Shown piece by piece: positions 17,247 through 24,364 of a stretch of 24,364 bases of DNA. Below the pieces are notes generated by a model. It did no database searches. It was given only the letters and a program-made list of their open reading frames with translations, and was not told the DNA's origin. A program made the translations under genes and the position numbers. The stretch is from IMG/VR virus record IMGVR_UViG_3300048611_000027, positions 1 to 24,364 of that record; one strand, 5' to 3'. Position 1 is the first letter of the stretch. The number at the start of each line of letters is the position of its first letter. The stretch comes from a virus (taxonomy: Duplodnaviria; Caudoviricetes).

Positions 17247-18179
17247 ATGAAAGTATACACAGAAGTAGTAATTGATATGGCTACTATGGAAGTTTTATCT
17301 GAAACTTCTTATGAGTATGCTGGAGTAGTCGCGGAAGCAAAAGGTGGTGGAGGTTCTAGCGGCGAAGTTGATTATCCTGATTATATGAAAGAAGCTCATG
17401 GGCAAGCATTAAATCGGCGAGGTAATGATACGTTAACACGTAGCTTAACCTATTACATGAATGCTGCGTTTGATGAATCACCTTTTCTTGAGCATCTTCC
17501 GGGCTGTATGGATACGTTGTTTGGGACAAGTGCTAATCCAGTTTTTGGTTTGTTAAGCTCAAATATCGGAACTGATACTGTTGCAGTTTTTAACGATGTC
17601 TATCTTAGCGTCTCAACTAACCCTGCACACGTTGCCTTGTTGAATGCTGAGATTGATATAATGAACGATGATGTAGATTTAAAAGTTCTGCCACGTTTTC
17701 AGGCTGGAATGCGCGACATGCAATGTGTGATGACTTCGGCTTTTAGCATCGGTCATGCGATTATTGAATCACAGAAAAATCGTGACGTAACTAAGCTAAT
17801 AGCTGAAACTAATTACAATATGCTTAAACTTGCTGATGAAGTTTTTAAACAGTATCTTGATTGGCAAAAAACACTTGTTGTGCATAGTGCTGAATTAGCA
17901 CGTGTTTATGCGGCAGGTAAATTTGACGAGATTAAATTCATCAGCGAGGCAACTGCCAAGGATCGTACTTGGGAGCTGGAATTGTTTAACTACTTCTCAA
18001 CCTTAATGGCTTCGATCGGGGGCGGGACGCCTACACAGTCAGGTAAAGAAGCATCAACAGCTCAAAACGCTCTCGGAGGCGCTATGAGTGGCGCGGCTGT
18101 AGGTACCTCAATTAATCCTGGTTGGGGCACGGCTATCGGAGCAGTTGTCGGCGGCGTTGCAGGTGCTTTATCATCTTAA
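17247..18179 (+). CDS. Ejection/internal virion protein (P22 gp7-like position)
   Basis: AAGGAG RBS; leader ending in KGGGGSS; helical core; C-terminal glycine zipper GAMSGAAVG..PGWGTAIGAVVGGVAG. Confidence 0.65.
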   Translation: MKVYTEVVIDMATMEVLSETSYEYAGVVAEAKGGGGSSGEVDYPDYMKEAHGQALNRRGNDTLTRSLTYYMNAAFDESPFLEHLPGCMDTLFGTSANPVFGLLSSNIGTDTVAVFNDVYLSVSTNPAHVALLNAEIDIMNDDVDLKVLPRFQAGMRDMQCVMTSAFSIGHAIIESQKNRDVTKLIAETNYNMLKLADEVFKQYLDWQKTLVVHSAELARVYAAGKFDEIKFISEATAKDRTWELELFNYFSTLMASIGGGTPTQSGKEASTAQNALGGAMSGAAVGTSINPGWGTAIGAVVGGVAGALSS

Positions 18180-18196
18180 CTTTTAAGGAGCATAAA

Positions 18197-18808
18197 ATGG
18201 CTATAACTCCAGGACAAGAATTTGCACTTCCTCCTAATGCTAGTCCTACGCCAACTCAACCGGCTGCAGGGTTTAGTTTCGGGAACATGTTTAGCCGGGC
18301 GAATAACTGGTTACAGCAGAACCCTGAAAAATTCTCTATCATCGCAGATTCGATCGGCCGTGGATTAGCTCCGGATAATCCTATGGCCGGGATCGGAACT
18401 TTCATGGCGCAGAGTAGCTTAGCAAATAAAGCCACTAAAGCGCAGCAAGTTGAACGGCAGAGCATGCTGGATGCTTTGCGTGGGACGCTTAATAATCCTA
18501 ACGTTTACAACGATCAGCAAGCGCCGAATTTAGGTGTACCTGGCATGGGTGATTTTACCGCTGCGGGCGTAGCTGGTCCTACGAGTATGACGCTTACTGG
18601 TGACGGTTATAGTATCAAAGGCAACACACGAGATGTTAACAAAGCTGCGGGGACTGGGGCTAGCGGCGGCACCGGGCCTCCTCCTCCTGGTGTTCCTCAG
18701 TTCCCGCAGTCTGTTGAAGGTGTTCCGGAAGGGTATCAAGGAGGCGTTAATCCTCCCGTAGCTCCGCAATCTATGGGCAACTATTTCAATCCACCCCGCC
18801 CCTGGTAG
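18197..18808 (+). CDS. Ejection/internal virion protein, Gly/Pro-rich
   Basis: AAGGAG RBS before ATG 18197; low-complexity G/P/A/Q composition; position in the ejection cluster. Confidence 0.6.
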   Translation: MAITPGQEFALPPNASPTPTQPAAGFSFGNMFSRANNWLQQNPEKFSIIADSIGRGLAPDNPMAGIGTFMAQSSLANKATKAQQVERQSMLDALRGTLNNPNVYNDQQAPNLGVPGMGDFTAAGVAGPTSMTLTGDGYSIKGNTRDVNKAAGTGASGGTGPPPPGVPQFPQSVEGVPEGYQGGVNPPVAPQSMGNYFNPPRPW

Positions 18809-18870
18809 CCCCGTCGGATTCAGGCTCTGGAAATGCAGCGTTTCCAGACCTGACGGGGCTGCCGCCTGAG

Positions 18871-19659
18871 ATGATTTTGCAACTCGGCAATGCCGGGCAC
18901 GCTAATGCTGCGCTAATGGCTGATAGTCTTCGTGGAGGGTTTAAGGATAAGTTAAACGAAGGCGGGCTAATGAACGATATTCAAGGACGGCAAGATCTTA
19001 AAGAATATCGTGACATGTCGTTGGCGTTAACTAATCAAGCGCAGTATTTGGATGCTGTAAAGACTCAACTTAATGCTCAGCTCGCGACGGCTAAGAATGC
19101 CGCTGAAGTTGAACGACTTACTCAAGCTGCACGAAAACTTGAGCAAGATACGGTCAGAATTAATCTCATGTCTAATGAGCTTAATTCAAAACTCGGCGCG
19201 ATTGAACGAATGAGTTTAGCTGGCAATGATCCGTCGAAAGTTAACTTCGGCGACATGGCTGCGGTAGGTTTTAGGCCACCGATTCCTACTGCTAAAGATT
19301 CGATGGATGCTGATAACTATGCACGGTCACTGCTATATGAACAAGATTCTGATGGACGTTCTACCGGCCGTGTACGTCAGAATATGACGCAAAGCGAACT
19401 CACTTCCATCAGCCGTGCTCTTGAGCATTCTGGCCAAGCGTTAGGTCAAATTGATCTACAGCCTGTGGAGTATCAAAACTGGAGAGGCAAAACGGTTACT
19501 GCACCTGCTCGTTCCCTTTACTTTATCTCGCCGAAAGACGGTTTGGGTAAGATGGGACCGGAACAGTTAAAACAGTTCCTTAACCAACTCCGCGAAGCTC
19601 ATGACATCGATGAAGATGATCCTGTATGGGCTAAAAACGTTGAGAAGTTTTTAGAATAA
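18871..19659 (+). CDS. Ejection/internal virion protein (possibly the -1 frameshift extension of the upstream gene)
   Basis: Helical/coiled-coil protein; frame open from 18751; no clear RBS before ATG 18871. Confidence 0.6.
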   Translation: MILQLGNAGHANAALMADSLRGGFKDKLNEGGLMNDIQGRQDLKEYRDMSLALTNQAQYLDAVKTQLNAQLATAKNAAEVERLTQAARKLEQDTVRINLMSNELNSKLGAIERMSLAGNDPSKVNFGDMAAVGFRPPIPTAKDSMDADNYARSLLYEQDSDGRSTGRVRQNMTQSELTSISRALEHSGQALGQIDLQPVEYQNWRGKTVTAPARSLYFISPKDGLGKMGPEQLKQFLNQLREAHDIDEDDPVWAKNVEKFLE

Positions 19660-19682
19660 TTCTTCCAGTAAAGGATTTTATT

Positions 19683-22600
19683 ATGGCTATTATTAACTAT
19701 AACCTTACTGATCTATCCTCAGGTGAAGCCGCCTCAAAACCTCTAGTTGATGAAACGCCTAATAAAATCTACTCCACCGGACAGAAGATTAAAAAAGGCG
19801 TCGGTGCCTATGCTGACTTTCTCGGCGCAGGCATCGACGCTTATACTGCACCTACACGAGACTTTGCTGCGGCGATGCCAACGATGGCTGCGTCAGGGTT
19901 AGTTGGACTTGGTAGCTTGTTTAGCGGGACTACGCCTGAAGGCTGGAAGCCTGGCGATCCACCTCCGCAGAAAGCTAATACTGAATTAGCTGAACGAAAT
20001 ATTCAGACTATTCAACAATTCGTTGCAGAACGGACTGGGCCGCAAACGAAGGCTGGAGCGTTTACGTCTGAGATGACAGCTAAACCTTTTGAGTGGCTGG
20101 ATAAATACGCAGCAAAACCGTTAGGGAATTTAGTTCAAGATCTTACAGGCAGTGCTGGACTGGCTGCAGGCACAGTTGCGGCTGTGGACGTCGGAGTTCC
20201 GATGCTTGTTGGTGGCGGCGTTAAACGCGTTTGGAATTCTACCCCTGTGCGGATGGCTCGGATTCCTGAGCGTGGGATGACGTTACCTTCCTGGGAACAA
20301 GTACAAAAAGCAAATCCTGGCATAAGCCAAGGTGAGTTGCTTAGAAAATATCCTGCGTATAAAACAGAAGCTGCAGCGATGCGGAATGCTGTAGAAGTTT
20401 CGAAACCGGGGAGTGTTCCAGCTGCCCCTGTTGAACCTGTCAAAGCAGCTAGCCCTGCGGCTCCAGTTGAGCCAGTTGCGCCTGCGGCTAAACCTATCAC
20501 TACTAGCCTGACGAAAAAGCAACAGGCTAATGTGTTAAACCGTGTGGCTGAATTAGGCTCTGTCGAAGCAGTTAAAGCAGCGTATCCTAAATCAGACTCA
20601 CTAGCTCTTGACGCGTATGCTGTTGAGTTAGCTGAGGCTGCTGAAGCACAAGGACTGTTTGCGCCGCCGGAAGTTCTTGCAACGGAAACTACCGCAGCTC
20701 CTCCTGTACCTGGCCAACCGTTAGGCCTTCCTGCGCCTAAGCCGCCACGACAGGTTCCGGCCATGAACGAACTTCCTGCTGGCGCCCCGATTCAGCTTGG
20801 GATGGCTGAGAAACCTGCTGCACCTATGGAACAAATTGTTCCACAGGAGTCTGTTGCGGCTCAACCCATTGAACCTGTTGAACTTTCAGAGCCTCCCATG
20901 CAAGGTGTCGAGGCAGAACTTGAAGCTCTCGGCGCTGATTTGATGACTAAAGGAGGAGAGCAGTTTTGGAAAGCTAAACTTTCAAACGGCAAAACTGTTC
21001 GTATTCCACAAGAAAAGAAAAACGGAGCTGAAAATGCTTTAACTAAAATCAAAGAATTCGAACAACAGATTGCTGACATTAAAGCCGTTCCAACGTTCAC
21101 GGACGAAGCTTTAGCGAAGGCTGAGAACTACCAATTGAATCCTCGAAAGTTCAGTGACGTAACTTCTGCGCAGAACTTTCTTAAATCGGCAGGCTCTCGT
21201 GCTGATTTAGCCGGCGGCCAGCTTGAGCTGATTAAAGTCGGGGATCGTTATCGTGCGGCTCAGAAAGTTACTCCTGAACCTGAGTTAGTTGAGGATGATT
21301 TTCTCGATGATGATTTCGATGTGGACACAAGCAGTCTGAAAAAAGCTATGTCGGAGTATGAAGAAGGTGCGAGAACGTATGATACAAAAGCGTTGGCAAG
21401 TAAGCCAACGGTTCAAGCTACGCCTAAAGCCACTGAACCTGTTATGGCTGAGTTAACGACGAAACAAAGCCAAGCTACTCGCCGAGAGGCTATCAGAGTA
21501 GCAGCGGAAAAAACTAAGACAAAGAAACAGTTAACTCCTGAGGAAGAGATTCAACAGATTCTTGACAGCGATCCTGATGCTTATGATCCTGAAATGCAAT
21601 CCTGGGAAGAGCTTAAGCAGCTTGATCAGGAGAAGGATTATTACGATCAGGTTGAAGAGATTGAAGGTAGATTAGGAAGAACTGTTCGTGATCTTACTGA
21701 TCTGTTTAGCGACGAACGTGGCGCAGCAGGTAAAGACATTAGCAAACTTAAGCGTTCGTTGAAAGATGTTGCTGCAGAGCTTAACGCAGCTAAGCGTAAG
21801 GTTATTCATCTGGGCTATGACGAAACTGCTGCGGCAGCGGAAGCTATCGGAGAGGGGCAGCAAAAAGTGAAAGCTGCCGCAGCTTCAGGAGATGTTACGG
21901 AAATTCCTCAAGTAGTCGAAGAGCTGAACACCGTGAAAGAAATGTTAAAGGACGTTGCAGGAAAAGCGAAAGTTAAAAAGGACATGAAGAAAGCTGAAGA
22001 GAAGACAGTTAAAAAGGTTAAGCTGTCTGAGGCAGAAGCTGCGTATTATGCTAACCTGATTAAGCAGCAAATGGAAATCGATCTTGATAGAGCTTTTAAC
22101 TCCAACGTAAGTCCGATTAAAGATCTGGTCGATTACATGAAGTCAATTGATCGGATAGTGCCTAAGTATAAACAAGGCTCGTTTGAAGTGCCTAAGCGTC
22201 AAAAGCCTGCTATTCCAAAAGATTCTCCTGAAATGTTAGATCCTTCAAAGGATCTTATGCGGATTGGTAGTGGTCGTGCGAGTACTACCTCAGGCCACCT
22301 ACTCACCCCAAGCTTTGCCCTGCGTAAGTTTTTCAAGCCAGGGACTAGTTTGATTATAGATGCCATGGAAAGTACGATGGCGTTAGGTACTAATATTCGC
22401 AACACACATCGCTGGGCTAAGGATACGTTTGGTAAGTTGCCTAGCGCAACTCAAGCCATTGAGCAGACGTTAGGTAAGTTGTACGAAGAGACTCGGAAAG
22501 GATTAGATAAAAGTGATCAGCTTAAAGCTGAGGTAGGCCAGCATTCTGTGCGGAGAAAAGATGCAGAGAAGATGGTTAAGCTGAATGAACGTCGCTTAGC

Positions 22601-24260
22601 TAACACTCATGCAGCGCATCCGAAGGTTCCGATCTACAAGGCGGAGTTAGTCAAAGCTCAGATGGCTGTTGCTAAGTATAAGGCACAGGCAACAGCCGCA
22701 GGTAAACGTTACAAGAATCTCCGTAAAGCTACAATGGAGAATTTAGTAAACAAGTACGATGCAATGATTATACCTTTGGCTGAGAAGAATCCACGTGTAC
22801 GTGTAGCTTTAGCTGCCGCAGGAAAGTTGCCTAAGGGAATTTCTCTTTCTCCTGCTGAAGCAATGTTAGCTGAAAAAGCAACTGAGTATTTTGAATCTAC
22901 CGCTACTCGTATGCGTGAACTCGGCTTGCCAACGAAAGAAGATGGTGCTTACATCACGCATTCGTTTGGCGAAATAGCCACCGACAAATGGGCTAAGGCT
23001 TTTAAGTACGAGCCGAGTGTGCCGATTAAATTAAAGTTCGCTTCTCAGGTTCCGTATTCTCGCGTATGGCTTCCTGATATTAATCAGTTGCTGGATCACT
23101 ACATTCCAACAGTCGAACGCAAGTTAGCTTTCCAACCTTTGCTGGATCGTTGGAGTGATTTTATTGAGTATCAAGCTCCTCCTAACATGCGCGAGATGAT
23201 GCAGGATTGGCTTAAGTCGAATCTGTACAAAGAACACGGTGGCTTGGTTAACAAAGTTGTTAACGGAGTTGTGAATGCTGAGTACGTAAGGCTCGTAGGC
23301 CTGTCCGTGTCAACTGCCGCTAAGCATGCGTCGAAACTACTTGATACTTTCGGTGTCAACACTATGTCGGCCACAATGCAAGGAATGTATCAGACCTCAA
23401 AACTTCCGTTACAGGCTACGGCTAAAATGCTTGGCATGAAAGGCGAAACTCCTGAGCTTGATCTGTTTAAAGCGTACGTTTCAATGGATCAGATTGTTAG
23501 AGTTCTAGACGAAACACCAGGGCTTAAATCTTCGTGGTCGTTAGTTAAAGTTTTATCAGGCAGCCTAACAACTACAACGGAGATGTTAGATAACGGTGTT
23601 ACGATTATGGCTACAACGATAGCTTCAGCGAATGCTAAGCTGACAGTAGATCAAGCACGTGCCTTAGTGTTAGATTCTATTCTCAAAGCTAACTTTCGTG
23701 GCGGTGTTGACCAGCCGTTGTATATGAAGAACCCAGCTGGCAGGTTGCTTGGAATGTTTCAAACTACCGTGCAAAAAACATTCGAACTTCGAGCATCGCT
23801 TTTAAAGGATCAGTGGACGGGCGGGAAGGATGCATTCGGTAAGAGCAAACGGAATCGGCTGCTGCGGTATACGTTAATGGTCGGTGCAGTAACCGCTCTT
23901 TTCCGGAGCGAAGGGAAGGACATTCTTCACTGGTTTACTGAAGCTCCTTATATGCGCGACTGGCTGCATGGGACGAAAGAGTTTCCGTATTACGAAACAG
24001 CTATGCCTAAGACAGCTGCATCGCCCCCAGTTCAGTTGTTAACCGAAATGAATCAGAAAGGTGTGTGGGAAGGTGCGAAGGAGCACTTTGATTACACGCC
24101 GATAGTTAAGTACTTGACTATGCAAGATAATGATTATCCGAATAAGTATTACGACACCCCGACAGATCAAATATTCGGCTTGCGGAAGTTAGACGCTGGA
24201 CATACGAAGAGACAATCAGGACGGCCTAGGATTAAGTCACGAAAAAGACCTAAACGTTAA
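19683..24260 (+). CDS. Large ejection/internal virion protein (1525 aa)
   Basis: AAAGGA RBS; last and largest gene of the operon; Ala/Pro/Lys-rich linker, helical C-terminal half, basic tail; no catalytic motif recognised. Confidence 0.65.
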   Translation: MAIINYNLTDLSSGEAASKPLVDETPNKIYSTGQKIKKGVGAYADFLGAGIDAYTAPTRDFAAAMPTMAASGLVGLGSLFSGTTPEGWKPGDPPPQKANTELAERNIQTIQQFVAERTGPQTKAGAFTSEMTAKPFEWLDKYAAKPLGNLVQDLTGSAGLAAGTVAAVDVGVPMLVGGGVKRVWNSTPVRMARIPERGMTLPSWEQVQKANPGISQGELLRKYPAYKTEAAAMRNAVEVSKPGSVPAAPVEPVKAASPAAPVEPVAPAAKPITTSLTKKQQANVLNRVAELGSVEAVKAAYPKSDSLALDAYAVELAEAAEAQGLFAPPEVLATETTAAPPVPGQPLGLPAPKPPRQVPAMNELPAGAPIQLGMAEKPAAPMEQIVPQESVAAQPIEPVELSEPPMQGVEAELEALGADLMTKGGEQFWKAKLSNGKTVRIPQEKKNGAENALTKIKEFEQQIADIKAVPTFTDEALAKAENYQLNPRKFSDVTSAQNFLKSAGSRADLAGGQLELIKVGDRYRAAQKVTPEPELVEDDFLDDDFDVDTSSLKKAMSEYEEGARTYDTKALASKPTVQATPKATEPVMAELTTKQSQATRREAIRVAAEKTKTKKQLTPEEEIQQILDSDPDAYDPEMQSWEELKQLDQEKDYYDQVEEIEGRLGRTVRDLTDLFSDERGAAGKDISKLKRSLKDVAAELNAAKRKVIHLGYDETAAAAEAIGEGQQKVKAAAASGDVTEIPQVVEELNTVKEMLKDVAGKAKVKKDMKKAEEKTVKKVKLSEAEAAYYANLIKQQMEIDLDRAFNSNVSPIKDLVDYMKSIDRIVPKYKQGSFEVPKRQKPAIPKDSPEMLDPSKDLMRIGSGRASTTSGHLLTPSFALRKFFKPGTSLIIDAMESTMALGTNIRNTHRWAKDTFGKLPSATQAIEQTLGKLYEETRKGLDKSDQLKAEVGQHSVRRKDAEKMVKLNERRLANTHAAHPKVPIYKAELVKAQMAVAKYKAQATAAGKRYKNLRKATMENLVNKYDAMIIPLAEKNPRVRVALAAAGKLPKGISLSPAEAMLAEKATEYFESTATRMRELGLPTKEDGAYITHSFGEIATDKWAKAFKYEPSVPIKLKFASQVPYSRVWLPDINQLLDHYIPTVERKLAFQPLLDRWSDFIEYQAPPNMREMMQDWLKSNLYKEHGGLVNKVVNGVVNAEYVRLVGLSVSTAAKHASKLLDTFGVNTMSATMQGMYQTSKLPLQATAKMLGMKGETPELDLFKAYVSMDQIVRVLDETPGLKSSWSLVKVLSGSLTTTTEMLDNGVTIMATTIASANAKLTVDQARALVLDSILKANFRGGVDQPLYMKNPAGRLLGMFQTTVQKTFELRASLLKDQWTGGKDAFGKSKRNRLLRYTLMVGAVTALFRSEGKDILHWFTEAPYMRDWLHGTKEFPYYETAMPKTAASPPVQLLTEMNQKGVWEGAKEHFDYTPIVKYLTMQDNDYPNKYYDTPTDQIFGLRKLDAGHTKRQSGRPRIKSRKRPKR
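20823..20847. repeat. Palindromic element copy 7, intragenic (CCTATGGAACAAATTGTTCCACAGG)
   Basis: 24/25 match to copy 5; read in frame as PMEQIVPQ. Confidence 0.95.
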
Positions 24261-24263
24261 ACG

Positions 24264-24303
24264 AAAAAAAGGGCTAGTTAGATTAATTTCTAACTAGCCC
24301 TTT
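24264..24303. terminator. Rho-independent terminator, probably bidirectional
   Basis: AAAGGGCTAGTTAGA(24268-82)/TCTAACTAGCCCTTT(24289-303) perfect 15-bp stem. A7 on the left gives a U-tract on the - strand; TTTCT on the right. Confidence 0.85.
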
Positions 24304-24326
24304 CTATGTAACAATTTTTTCCATAG
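24304..24326. repeat. Palindromic element copy 8 (CTATGTAACAATTTTTTCCATAG)
   Basis: Abuts the terminator; one G>T change in the right arm. Confidence 0.85.
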
Positions 24327-24364
24327 GTTAAAACATATGTCCTAAAAAAAGAATAGTTGAAGTT

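Noticed and set aside
20135-20764. 209-aa - strand ORF and other short overlapping ORFs
   Set aside because: Antisense or out-of-frame shadows of Pro/Ala-rich coding sequence with no independent support.
1538-24326. Palindromes as a CRISPR array or recombinase sites
   Set aside because: Copies are kilobases apart with no spacers. The 1-bp centre does not fit the 6-8 bp spacer of tyrosine-recombinase sites, and no cas or recombinase gene is present in the window.

Overview
Morphogenesis (late) region of an uncharacterised tailed dsDNA phage with podovirus-like (P22/T7-type) gene order, all on the + strand. In order: short tandem repeats and a sigma70-type promoter; terminase small subunit; a ~4 kb block (NlpC/P60-type amidase, holin-like protein, repeat-rich receptor-binding-like protein, BppU-like and other virion proteins); terminase large subunit in two frames; portal; scaffold; decoration-like protein; major capsid; adaptor; nozzle/fibre cluster; GNAT-like protein; ejection-type proteins; a hairpin terminator. 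The most striking unexplained signal is a 23-25 bp palindrome, (C)CTATGKAACAA-W-TTGTTMCATAG(G), found 8 times at 2-5 kb intervals. It lies mostly at gene junctions but also once in frame inside a CDS. There are three recoding candidates: an in-frame UGA followed by a bSECIS-like hairpin, a +1 break in TerL, and a -1 overlap followed by a strong hairpin in an ejection gene. The window also holds an apparent scaffold-domain paralog and an apparently split tail nozzle. Product calls come from motifs and gene order only; no database searches were run.
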